A DNA stretch of 64,000 nucleotides from Phycisphaerae bacterium (GTDB lineage: Bacteria; Planctomycetota; Phycisphaerae; UBA1845; Fen-1342): the NCBI GenBank assembly GCA_963675745.2, contig CAXXWX010000006.1, forward strand, positions 128,001-192,000. Reading direction: 5' to 3'. Under the pieces are notes generated by a model, which was not told where the DNA came from, made no database searches, and saw nothing but the letters and a program-made list of their open reading frames with translations. The position numbers and the translations under genes are program-made. Below, in pieces: positions 41,685 through 50,481 of this stretch; positions within the stretch are counted from its first letter, which is position 1; each line of letters starts with the position of its first letter.

Positions 41685-43142
41685 GTGTCGATCAAGTGCC
41701 GTTGCACCTGTGGGGCGTCGATCCGCGCGCCCCGCTCCGCGGTCGGCCGGCGAGTGCGTTGCCCGAAGTGCCGGAATGTGATGACGCTGGTACCGGAGAA
41801 GGGTCAGCAACCTGCTGCGAGGTCGGTGGCGGCCGCCGCGAAGCCGGCACCGCGCAAGACGCCCACCAAGCGGATTCACGCCAATTGCGAATGCGGCGCC
41901 AAGTTGGCGGTCCACCCCGATCTCGCCGGTCGAGTGGCCAAGTGTCCCAAGTGCGGCGGCCGCATCAAAATCCCTGGCAGGCCCCCGTCACGGCCGCCCG
42001 CCGTCGTCGAGAGCGATTTGGACGACGCGCTCGCGGCACTGGCCGGCGGCGAGAACCTCCCGCGTCCCGATCCCGCGCCGCCGCCGCTGGACCAAGGCGG
42101 CTATGCTCTCAAGCCCGAGGCCGCTGAACCACCGCCAGGCGGCGCTGCCCCGGAGCCAATGAAGCCATCCGGGCCCGCGATGCCGTGCAAGTGCTGCGGT
42201 AAGCAGTACCCGCCGGGCGTCAAAATCTGCGTTGAATGCGGCTTGGACCTGAAGACCGGGCGGCCGCTCTTGATGACCGATGACAACTCGCTCGACAAAG
42301 CCTACATCTACGCCGAGAGTATTCTGGGCTGGCTGAGCTGGCTGATCGGCGTTGGTGTGTATCCGATCGCATCGGAAGCGTTCGGCACGCGCACGCCGTG
42401 GGTCATTCGCGGTGTCGGCGCGCTGACCGTGGTGGTCAGTCTGTGGTTCTTGGCGTCATGGCTCACGGAAGGCGAGACCGTCGCCACGCTCAACCTTATG
42501 CTCTGGACCGGGGCGGGCGATCCGTCTGCTTTCTGGCCGGAGGGCGTCGGGTATCACAATTCGCAGCTCATCACGCATGCGTTCCTGCACGCTGACCCGA
42601 TCCATCTCGCGGGCAACATGCTCTTTTTGTTCGTGTTCGGCTCGCGCGTGAATGCGTTAATCGGCAACGCGCTCACCGTCGCGCTTTATCCACTGCTCGC
42701 AGTGGCGGCGGGGTTGGCGCACATGGCGGCGACGGCGAATGACGACCTCGGCCCGATGCTCGGCGCCTCGGGCGCCGTGATGGGCCTGGCCGGGATGTAC
42801 CTCGTGTTCTTCCCGATCCACAAAGTGCATATGGCCGCGTGGTGGCGCTGGGGGCTGCTGGGCGGATTTCAGTTGCACCTGAAGATTTGGTCGACGCGCG
42901 GCCTTTGGGTCGTGATGTTCTATATCGCGTTCGACATCCTTTACACCAGCATTGGCCTCGAAGACGACGTTGCGCACTGGGCGCATCTCGGCGGGTTCCT
43001 CACCGGCGTCGCGCTCGCGATCACGCTGATGGCCGCCCGGTTGGTCAACGCCCGCGGCGGCGACCTGCTGACGCTCACTCTGGGCCGCGCCGCATGGGCG
43101 ATCATCGGCAAGCCGAACCGGCCAGGGATTGCACTGCCGTGA
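41685..43142 (+). CDS. Rhomboid intramembrane serine protease with three N-terminal zinc ribbons
   Basis: CTCG..CPKC, CECG..CPKC, CKCC..CVEC; FLHADPIHLAGNM, catalytic GASG and HLGG. Confidence 0.92.
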   Translation: MSIKCRCTCGASIRAPRSAVGRRVRCPKCRNVMTLVPEKGQQPAARSVAAAAKPAPRKTPTKRIHANCECGAKLAVHPDLAGRVAKCPKCGGRIKIPGRPPSRPPAVVESDLDDALAALAGGENLPRPDPAPPPLDQGGYALKPEAAEPPPGGAAPEPMKPSGPAMPCKCCGKQYPPGVKICVECGLDLKTGRPLLMTDDNSLDKAYIYAESILGWLSWLIGVGVYPIASEAFGTRTPWVIRGVGALTVVVSLWFLASWLTEGETVATLNLMLWTGAGDPSAFWPEGVGYHNSQLITHAFLHADPIHLAGNMLFLFVFGSRVNALIGNALTVALYPLLAVAAGLAHMAATANDDLGPMLGASGAVMGLAGMYLVFFPIHKVHMAAWWRWGLLGGFQLHLKIWSTRGLWVVMFYIAFDILYTSIGLEDDVAHWAHLGGFLTGVALAITLMAARLVNARGGDLLTLTLGRAAWAIIGKPNRPGIALP

Positions 43143-43166
43143 TCACGCGTGCCAGCGCGCGCCGAG

Positions 43167-43415
43167 GATCTATACGTGGTCGATCGTGGGCCGGGCAACC
43201 TGCTGCGCGTCGATCCGTTCACCGGTGCGAACACGATCATCGGCACCGGCTTCGGCGACATCGTGAACGACATGGCCTCTGACATCGCGTTCGGTCCGGA
43301 CGGCGCGATGTACGTGAGCATGTTCCAGCGTAATGAAGTCCTGCGCATCGTCCCCGAGCCGACGACACTGTCGCTGCTCGGCCTGGCCGCGCTGGGGCTG
43401 ATTCGCCGCCGCTAA
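43167..43415 (+). pseudogene. Duplicated 3' fragment (82 codons) of the PEP-CTERM gene; direct repeat copy 2 extends to 43457
   Basis: Encodes DLYVVDRGPG...VPEPTTLSLLGLAALGLIRRR. No signal peptide; in frame with the rhomboid stop. Confidence 0.8.
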
Positions 43416-43455
43416 ACCGGCGTCGAATTCGAGAGTCGGAAACAACACAAAGGGC

Positions 43456-43493
43456 GGGAACAGAAAAGGTGTCAGGGAACAGAAAAGGTGTCA
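43456..43493. repeat. 19-bp tandem duplication GGGAACAGAAAAGGTGTCA x2
   Basis: Units 43456-43474 and 43475-43493, overlapping the right inverted repeat. Confidence 0.9.
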
Positions 43494-43564
43494 GGAAGAT
43501 TTTCTGGCGTCATTGGCGCTGGAAAAGCACGGCTCACAGAGCCGTGGCACACGTGTGCGTGGAC

Positions 43565-43627
43565 GCTGACGGCTGATGGCTGACGGCTGAGAGCTGATCG
43601 CTGAAAGCCGACCGCTGATCGCCGAGC
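43565..43627. repeat. Heptamer tandem repeat (GCYGAnn) x9
   Basis: gctgacg gctgatg gctgacg gctgaga gctgatc gctgaaa gccgacc gctgatc gccgagc, immediately after the hutH stop. Confidence 0.9.
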
Positions 43628-43629
43628 GC

Positions 43630-45156
43630 TCATTCGGCCCCCGCGTCATCTCTCGCCACCGCGTGCAGCTCGCCACTCTCGCGCAGCAGCTTCAACGACG
43701 TGTCGATGTCTTCGCCAAACTGGCGGTCGCGGTCGGCGTGGGGGATGTGTGCCCGCACCAGCTTGTGCAGGCTGCGCGGGCCGACGCCCGGCTCTATCGG
43801 CATGCGGAAATCGATGGCCTGGGCGGCGCACATCAGCTCTATCGCGTAGACGGTCTCCACCCGGTCCAACACCTCATAACACTTCAACGCCGACGTCGCC
43901 CCCATGCTCACATGATCTTCCTGTCCCAATGACGTCGGGATCGAATCGACACTCGCCGGCGTCGCCAGCACCTTGCACTCGTTCACCAACGCCGCCGCCG
44001 TGTATTGCGGCAGCATGAACCCGCTGTTTAATCCGGTGTCCTGCATCAGCAACGGCGGGAGGCCCTCGGCACCGGCCAACAGCGCGTAGATGCGGCGTTC
44101 GCTGATGCTCGCCAGATCGGTGAGCGCGATCGCCAGATAGTCGAGCACCAGCGCGAGCGGCGCACCATGGAAGTTGCCGCCGCTGATCGCATCATCTTCA
44201 AACACCAGCGGGTTGTCGGTGACGCTGTTGATCTCGCGCGCAACGGTCTGGCGGAAGTGGCAAAGCGCGTCACGAAAGGCCCCGTGTACCTGGGGCGCGC
44301 AGCGGAATGAGTATTGATCCTGCACGCGCTCGCACGTGGCGTGTGAGGCGAGAATCTCGCTTTCACGCATGTGCCGGCGGACGTTGGCGGCGACGGTTTG
44401 CGCGCCCGGGTGCGGGCGCAGATCGTGTAGGCGCTGGTCCGCCGGGCGCACGCTGCCGCGCATACCTTCCAGCGATGCGCACAGGATCAGGTCCGCCAGA
44501 TCCGCCAACCGTGCCGCGCGCACGCCGACATTGGCGGCATAGGAGCTCATCAGTTGCGTGCCGTTGATAAGCGCCAGCCCCTCCTTGGCGACCAGCCTGA
44601 TCGGCTCGATCCGCAGTTTCCTCAGGATCTCCGCCGCGGGCCGTTCACCGTCGCGAGTGTTAACCTGACCGCGGCCGATCAGCGGCAGAAACAGATGCGC
44701 CAACGGGGCCAGGTCGCCACTGGCGCCCAACGAGCCGCGGCCCGGCACGACGGAGAGCAGATCATGGTCCAGATGCAGGGCCAATCGCTCGATCACTTCG
44801 GGCCGCACACCGCTGTGGCCGCGCAGCAGCATGTGCGTCTTGAACAGCAGCATCCAGCGCACTATCTCGCCGGGCACGGGCGGTCCGACACCGACGGCGT
44901 GTGAAATCAGCAGATTTTCCTGGAGCGCATCCAGTTGGTTATCGTCGATGCGCACGTTCTTGAGATGCCCGAAGCCGGTGTTTATGCCATAGATTGCATC
45001 GCCGCGACGGGCCAGGGCATCGACCCAGCCGCGCGCGCGACCGGCGCGTTCGAGCCCGGCTGCCGCCAGGGTCACCTTCAGCGGCCGGCCGAGGCACTCG
45101 TCCAGCATGTCGAAGTCCAGCGCCCGGTCGCCAAGCTCCAGTGCGTAAGGTGTCAT
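43630..45156 (-). CDS. hutH: Histidine ammonia-lyase
   Basis: YGINTGFG, SHAVGVG, MIO motif GASGDLAPL, KEGLALINGTQ, QDQYSFRCAPQVHG, QEDHVSMG. Confidence 0.95.
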   Translation of the reverse strand: MTPYALELGDRALDFDMLDECLGRPLKVTLAAAGLERAGRARGWVDALARRGDAIYGINTGFGHLKNVRIDDNQLDALQENLLISHAVGVGPPVPGEIVRWMLLFKTHMLLRGHSGVRPEVIERLALHLDHDLLSVVPGRGSLGASGDLAPLAHLFLPLIGRGQVNTRDGERPAAEILRKLRIEPIRLVAKEGLALINGTQLMSSYAANVGVRAARLADLADLILCASLEGMRGSVRPADQRLHDLRPHPGAQTVAANVRRHMRESEILASHATCERVQDQYSFRCAPQVHGAFRDALCHFRQTVAREINSVTDNPLVFEDDAISGGNFHGAPLALVLDYLAIALTDLASISERRIYALLAGAEGLPPLLMQDTGLNSGFMLPQYTAAALVNECKVLATPASVDSIPTSLGQEDHVSMGATSALKCYEVLDRVETVYAIELMCAAQAIDFRMPIEPGVGPRSLHKLVRAHIPHADRDRQFGEDIDTSLKLLRESGELHAVARDDAGAE

Positions 45157-47891
45157 CAATCTCTCTCCGATGCCAAGGCGCTGACATCCGCGGTGACGTG
45201 GTCGATGAACTCGAGCAACGGCGGCAGCCCGGCCGCCACCATCCGCTCATCGATTTCCGCACGCAACGCCGCCCTGGTCTGTACCGCGTGATACTCCTCC
45301 GGCAGCGCCAGGTTGACCAGGTCGAGGGGCGCGATGGCGCCGTCGACGAGCTTGAGCCGGTACACCTGGCCACCGTCTTCCGGCGGTCGGGCGAAGTATA
45401 CCCAGCGCTTGTCACGCCGGTCATAGGGCATTGTTTCGGGAATCAGCGCCGGGTATGGATCGTCGCCGGGCAGTGCGATGCGCCGAGCCTCCTGCTGACC
45501 GATGTCGAAGCGAATGAGCCCCTGATCGCTCGTGAGGAAAAATACCGGCGTCTCCCGGTCGCACAGGCCGCGGGGAAAGAGCTGTGTGAGTGTGGCCAAT
45601 TGCAGCCGCTCGGCGATCCACGCTGACGACCAGATGCTCCCGCCGGCGGTCTCGATCAGGAACTGCGGACCGCCGCGCAGGGCGACGTGTACGATGCGTT
45701 TGTCCTCGACGATCGGGGCGATCCACCCGATCTCGGGGAGGTCGGGGTCGCTGACATATTCGCCGCCGGCGCGGATATCCGCGCGCAAGAACTCGGCCAT
45801 TTCTGGGTAATCTGACGTCATGCGCGCGCCGGCCGTGCCGTCACGCACATCCGCCGCGAACTGAGCAAACACCGGGCCGACGTACCGATCAAACGCCGGG
45901 ATATCCGTCGTGTGAATATTCAACCGCACGGCGTCAGTTACGCCGAGTTCGATGACGCGGCGCCGGCCGTACGCCCAGGCGCTGCCGTCGGCCCGGCAGT
46001 ATCCGAGCCAGGGCCAGTTCAAGGGCCCGGCGTACCAGGAGGGTGTGGGTGGTGCCAGCCGGGTTCGCGAGCTTCCGTCCGCCGTGACGCGCATGAGTCG
46101 GTGATCGCGCATAACCAGAATCCACGCCGTGCCCATATCGATCGGCACGGCCAGCAGCGGACGCTCATCGTTGTCGGAAAGCTGCTCGATGAAGTCAATC
46201 GTGGATCGCAGCGCGTTGGCCCCCGTGACCGCCGGCGCGGCGGACAACGCCGCTGCCGCCTGCTCCACGCGGTCGGCCGCCAAGTGCCGCAGCACGTCGA
46301 TCTCGGCGGTAATGGCGTCGTCGCGCGCATACTCCCGTGCGCTGGCGAAGATCCTGTCGCGGGGCTGGTCACGCGTGTATTCGAGCAGGGCCAGCGCCCG
46401 CGCGAACGTCGGGGCGTCGGCGCGCGGCAGGCCGGGGAGCAGCACCGCAAGGTGCTCCCGAACGGCTTCGGCATTCTCCGGCCGCAGGGCCATGCACATC
46501 CAGTAGGCGTACGCCGATCTGCCGCGCTGCCGTGGGACACTCATGATGCGCAGCATCTCCATGACGCGCGCGTCATTGGGAAACTGGTACAGAAAGAAGG
46601 CCACGCGCGCCGCAACCGCTGGGTTGCGGGTCAGTATCGCCGTGTCATCGGCCGGTAGCACGTGGGCCAAAACGTCGCGCGCGTCTGGGAAGAATTGATC
46701 GAGGGCCTCGGCGGGGCGACCCGCGAGAAACGGGAGCCAGGCGTCGGTGTCCACGCGCACCCACTTGTTGATCTGGCTGGGTGGCTGACGCAGGATCACG
46801 CTGCGCGGTTCGATCAGGCGCTGACATTCTGAGCGGAGGTCCAGCTCATGGCACATCCAGCTCACGACCGCCAACATGTTGCCGCCCTGTGTGATGTTGT
46901 CGAGACGGCGCCTGCGAGTGGCCTCATCGCCGGGCACGGCCTCTGGGCGATACTCGTGCCACCACAGCTCGGCGGCCCGCACGAGGGCGTCGATGTAGCG
47001 CCGGGCGGGCACGAGCACGCGCTGAACGCGCAAGTCAGGATCTCTACCAAGGTTGTAAGACGCAGCTTGCGCCTGTTCCCCAATAGCCCACTCGAGCGCG
47101 TACGGGGCCTTGAGTGGACCGTGTAAGTCCAGCGACGATGGGGCGTCCCACATGGTCTGCCACGGCACAAGCGGAACCGGCTCCACCAGTTCCGTCGCGT
47201 CGGCCAGCAGCTCGAGCGCGCGCCCGCGATCGCCGGCGGTAAACGCGATCTGCGCGCGCAGCGCCGCCGACAGCTCGTCTTCCGTGATCGGTGACGGCGC
47301 CCCCTTGGCCAGCTCCAGCAGCCGTTCATATGCCTGTTCGGCGTAGCCGCCCGCATACAGGCGCACAATCTCCGCCACGCGTGGGCCATGGGGCAGGCGA
47401 TAGTTGCTGAATGCTTGAAGCTGGGCCGCATCATCGACGACTATTTCGCGCGGCCCGGTCGGTGTGGCAATGCGAAGCTCGACCCGTTGTCCCGTGTCGG
47501 GCATGGCGGCTTGAAGTTCACGCACGTTATGTACACGCCGGCCGGTCACGTGTGTGATCAGATCGCCGGGGCGCAGCGCGGCATGGGACGCACAACGCAC
47601 GGCCAACACGCCACGTTTTGGCGGAACGATGTTCTCTATGACGTAGCGCAGCCGGCGGCGGACTTCCGGATCGTCGGTGTCGCGCAGGGCGACATTGAGC
47701 GCGTCGCGGATTTGCACGCCGCCCCCCAACAGCTCACGCGTCGCCGCTTCACGGACCTCGTAATCGTCCGCTCCAAGCCGGGCGACAAGCTCATCGATTG
47801 AGCCGCCCGCCGCCGGCATCGTAGACTGGGCGGACGCCGTGACTGCCAGGGCGATCAACAACAGCGAAAGCCGGTGTGGCGTTGTTGTCAT
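45156..47891 (-). CDS. Large secreted protein with HEAT-like and PDZ-like N-terminal domains
   Basis: Signal peptide, LVARLGADDYEVREAATRELL, LRPGDLITHVTGRRVHNVREL. Stop overlaps the hutH start. Confidence 0.7.
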   Translation of the reverse strand: MTTTPHRLSLLLIALAVTASAQSTMPAAGGSIDELVARLGADDYEVREAATRELLGGGVQIRDALNVALRDTDDPEVRRRLRYVIENIVPPKRGVLAVRCASHAALRPGDLITHVTGRRVHNVRELQAAMPDTGQRVELRIATPTGPREIVVDDAAQLQAFSNYRLPHGPRVAEIVRLYAGGYAEQAYERLLELAKGAPSPITEDELSAALRAQIAFTAGDRGRALELLADATELVEPVPLVPWQTMWDAPSSLDLHGPLKAPYALEWAIGEQAQAASYNLGRDPDLRVQRVLVPARRYIDALVRAAELWWHEYRPEAVPGDEATRRRRLDNITQGGNMLAVVSWMCHELDLRSECQRLIEPRSVILRQPPSQINKWVRVDTDAWLPFLAGRPAEALDQFFPDARDVLAHVLPADDTAILTRNPAVAARVAFFLYQFPNDARVMEMLRIMSVPRQRGRSAYAYWMCMALRPENAEAVREHLAVLLPGLPRADAPTFARALALLEYTRDQPRDRIFASAREYARDDAITAEIDVLRHLAADRVEQAAAALSAAPAVTGANALRSTIDFIEQLSDNDERPLLAVPIDMGTAWILVMRDHRLMRVTADGSSRTRLAPPTPSWYAGPLNWPWLGYCRADGSAWAYGRRRVIELGVTDAVRLNIHTTDIPAFDRYVGPVFAQFAADVRDGTAGARMTSDYPEMAEFLRADIRAGGEYVSDPDLPEIGWIAPIVEDKRIVHVALRGGPQFLIETAGGSIWSSAWIAERLQLATLTQLFPRGLCDRETPVFFLTSDQGLIRFDIGQQEARRIALPGDDPYPALIPETMPYDRRDKRWVYFARPPEDGGQVYRLKLVDGAIAPLDLVNLALPEEYHAVQTRAALRAEIDERMVAAGLPPLLEFIDHVTADVSALASERD

Positions 47892-48258
47892 GCAGGCTCC
47901 GTGTGCGGCGAAGACCACAGTCTATGATGCGTTCCCGCGGAGGCAAGCGATGGGAGATTGGGGAACAGGAGACTGGGCGCCGGGGTCAGTGATTATCGGC
48001 GGTTTGGCACGATCTGGGAGTTGTGAGATCAGCAATTTCTGTGCCAATGACGAGGCAGGTTTTTTCGCGTTGTGTTTGCAAGTCGCGATCGCTAGCTTGG
48101 GATTAGCTGGGGAGCAGCTCTGAGTGTTCAGCGAGACGGGAAGAAGCGCTGCACCGCCACATGAAGATGGCACAGCTCCCCCAGGTATAGAGGCGTTCCG
48201 GCGTGATTGTCGGAGCGCTTCTTTTTTTACGCTTCGCCGGCGCGGGAACTGTCCGGAA

Positions 48259-48358
48259 CTCGACGGCCGGCGGGGCGCCGGCCGCTACTTGCTCCGGCGG
48301 GGCCGGCCGCTACTTTTTCCGGCGGGGCCAGCCGCTACTTTTTCCGGCGGAGCCGGCG
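48259..48358 (-). repeat. GTAG-type REP (family C) with 25-bp tandem partial copies
   Basis: The minus strand reads GTAGCGG(C/T).. three times at period 25, ending in GTAGCGGCCGGCGCCCCGCCGGCCGTCGAG, which matches the unit at 39714. Confidence 0.8.
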
Positions 48359-48371
48359 GAGGGTGCAGGCG

Positions 48372-50369
48372 TTATTCGGCACCCGGCCGGGGCCAGTCAT
48401 CCGTGCGGAATGATGACGCCGGGAGTCCTTCCTGGTTACACAAATTCGGCTGGTCGGCCGCGCCCCAGGCGAAGCGCACGGCGACCGGTTCGGCGACCGC
48501 CTCGCTGGACACGATGACCGTCTCGCCGTCGATTCGGGCTTCCGCCGGGTGAAACTGGCGATCAGCGCCGGCGATTGTGAAGTGCGTGAGGCTCTCACCA
48601 GCGCACGCAAGTCCGCTGCCGACGTGTTCGAACGCCAGGCGAATCTGATCGCCTTCCACCCGCATCGACTTGTACAGCGGTCCGGAATAGACCAGGTCGG
48701 CTTTGCCGTACGTCTTGGCCAGGGCCCAGAGTGCCAGGCGGCGGCCAACATCGACCTTATTGCGCGGGTGGATGTCGGCCGGATTGCCGATGTCCATCGT
48801 CACGGCCATGCCCGTGTTGGCGGTCTTCAGCGTGAGCATCTGGGCTTCGCGCAGCTCGGCGGCCTCGCCGGTATCCCCGCCATAGACAAATGGCGCGATC
48901 TGCACGTAGTAGAACGGGAAGTCACCCTGGTCCCACCGGTTGCGCCAATCGTTGATCAGGGCCGGGAAGAGGGTGCGGTATTGCCGCGCGCGGGTGCGGT
49001 TTGACTCGCCCTGATACCAGATCGCGCCACGCATGCCATAGGGGATCAGCGGCGAAATCATGCCGTTGTACAGCGCTGAAGGCCAGTTCTGGTTCAACGC
49101 AGCGCCGTGCGGCCAGGGCGGCAGGTCGCGTTGTTTCACGCTTACCCGATAGCGCCATGGGCCGGCCAGCGAGAGGGCCGCGGTCGGCCCGGCGTCGGTC
49201 GGGTAGATGCGGAGATCCTCGGGCTTGCCGCGCATGCCGCCGGGGCCGGTGATGTCCACGACACGGATGGCGATGACGTTGCGACCCGATTCAACCGCCG
49301 ATGCCGGCACGGTGTACTTGCGTGGTGTGTACCACGCGCCCAGGTTCTCGTGAGCCCCCACCTGCTTGCCGTTAAGCCAGGTTTTGTCCATGTCATCGAT
49401 CGGCCCCAGCTCGATGGTCAGCGCTTCGCCGTCCCATGCGTCCGGCAGCTCGATCTCCCGGCGGAACCACACGACGCCATCGTGATCCCGGAGGTCATCC
49501 GCGTCCCAGTCGCCGGGCACGTCGATTTGCGCCCAACTCGCATCGTCATACTGCGGCAGCTCCCAGTGCTCGCCGGTTCCCTTATCGCGCTGGTTGAGTG
49601 CATCCCAGCACCGGCGCATGGCTTCTGCCTGTTGCCTTTCGAGCGCACCGGGGTTCGTGCGCTCCTGTTCCAGCGTATGAAGCGCGTCGTCGAAGTCCTT
49701 GAGCGGGCGCAGCGCGGATGCGCTGGTCCACGCCTCGGCAACAGTCCCGCCCCAGCTTGTGTTGATCAGCCCGACGGGCACGTCCAGTTTGCCGTGCAAT
49801 TCGCGTCCGAAGAAGTACGCCACGGCGCTGAAACGCCGCGCCGACTCAGGGCCGCATTCGATCCAGCGGCCTCCGCAGTCCGGTTGTGGTGTGGCGGCGA
49901 ATTTCGGCTGAACGGTAAACAGGCGTATTTGCGGACAATCGGCGGCCTTGATGACTCGCTCGGCATCGTCAGTGGCGCTGAGTGGCCAGGCCATGTTCGA
50001 CTGCCCGGAACAGATCCAGACCTCGCCAATCATCACGTTGGACAACGTGAGCGTGTTTTCGCCGGTGATCGTGATCCGGTGCGGGCCGCCAGCGTCCGGC
50101 GTGGCGATCTTCACAGACCACTTGCCATCCGGCTCGGCCTTGGTGGCAACCGGCACGTCCAGCCAATCCGGCGCGACGCTGATATCTTCGTCCGGTGCAG
50201 CCCAACCCCATAGCGGTGCGTCCATGTTCCGCTGGAGCACCATGTTGTCGCCGATGACGGCGGGCAACTTGATATCCGCGACTGCCGGCGCGGCGTGGCC
50301 CAACAGTACCACGGTAGCTGTAAGCAGGAGGCCGGCGATGTGGCGTTCGTGCGCAGTGCGTCGTGACAT
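48372..50369 (-). CDS. Secreted sialate O-acetylesterase (SASA/SGNH) with inserted sugar-binding domain
   Basis: GEVWICSGQSNM, WGGT, WYQGESN, DIHPRNK, PASSFRTD; signal peptide. Confidence 0.9.
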   Translation of the reverse strand: MSRRTAHERHIAGLLLTATVVLLGHAAPAVADIKLPAVIGDNMVLQRNMDAPLWGWAAPDEDISVAPDWLDVPVATKAEPDGKWSVKIATPDAGGPHRITITGENTLTLSNVMIGEVWICSGQSNMAWPLSATDDAERVIKAADCPQIRLFTVQPKFAATPQPDCGGRWIECGPESARRFSAVAYFFGRELHGKLDVPVGLINTSWGGTVAEAWTSASALRPLKDFDDALHTLEQERTNPGALERQQAEAMRRCWDALNQRDKGTGEHWELPQYDDASWAQIDVPGDWDADDLRDHDGVVWFRREIELPDAWDGEALTIELGPIDDMDKTWLNGKQVGAHENLGAWYTPRKYTVPASAVESGRNVIAIRVVDITGPGGMRGKPEDLRIYPTDAGPTAALSLAGPWRYRVSVKQRDLPPWPHGAALNQNWPSALYNGMISPLIPYGMRGAIWYQGESNRTRARQYRTLFPALINDWRNRWDQGDFPFYYVQIAPFVYGGDTGEAAELREAQMLTLKTANTGMAVTMDIGNPADIHPRNKVDVGRRLALWALAKTYGKADLVYSGPLYKSMRVEGDQIRLAFEHVGSGLACAGESLTHFTIAGADRQFHPAEARIDGETVIVSSEAVAEPVAVRFAWGAADQPNLCNQEGLPASSFRTDDWPRPGAE

Positions 50370-50481
50370 GGTCGTTCTCCAATAGGCGGTGATCACGACA
50401 GCGTAGTTAGCCCGGGCGCCGTGTCAATCGCGCGGCCACGGGGTGTAACGCTCGATGTGCTCGGCAACGCGGGCAGGGTGG

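Larger units (their letters stand above)
41471..43503. mobile_element. Putative non-autonomous cassette bounded by perfect 23-bp inverted repeats
   Basis: AAAATCTTCCTGACACCTTTTCT (41471-41493) is the exact reverse complement of 43481-43503. No transposase inside and no target-site duplication seen. Confidence 0.45.

Noticed and set aside
43140..43200. Selenocysteine recoding of the rhomboid TGA
   Set aside because: No convincing SECIS-like hairpin directly after the TGA, and no Cys-equivalent context.
41119..43457. Diversity-generating retroelement (TR/VR pair at the 3' end of a surface-protein gene)
   Set aside because: The coding mismatches are C/T and A/G in both directions and mostly synonymous, not adenine-specific in one copy. 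No reverse transcriptase is present in the window.
47920..48250. Gene or ncRNA in the lower-GC intergenic stretch
   Set aside because: No convincing ORF or stable structure seen.
48259..48358. CRISPR or iteron array
   Set aside because: The units are contiguous 25-mers without spacers, match the GTAG REP at 39714, and no rep gene is nearby.
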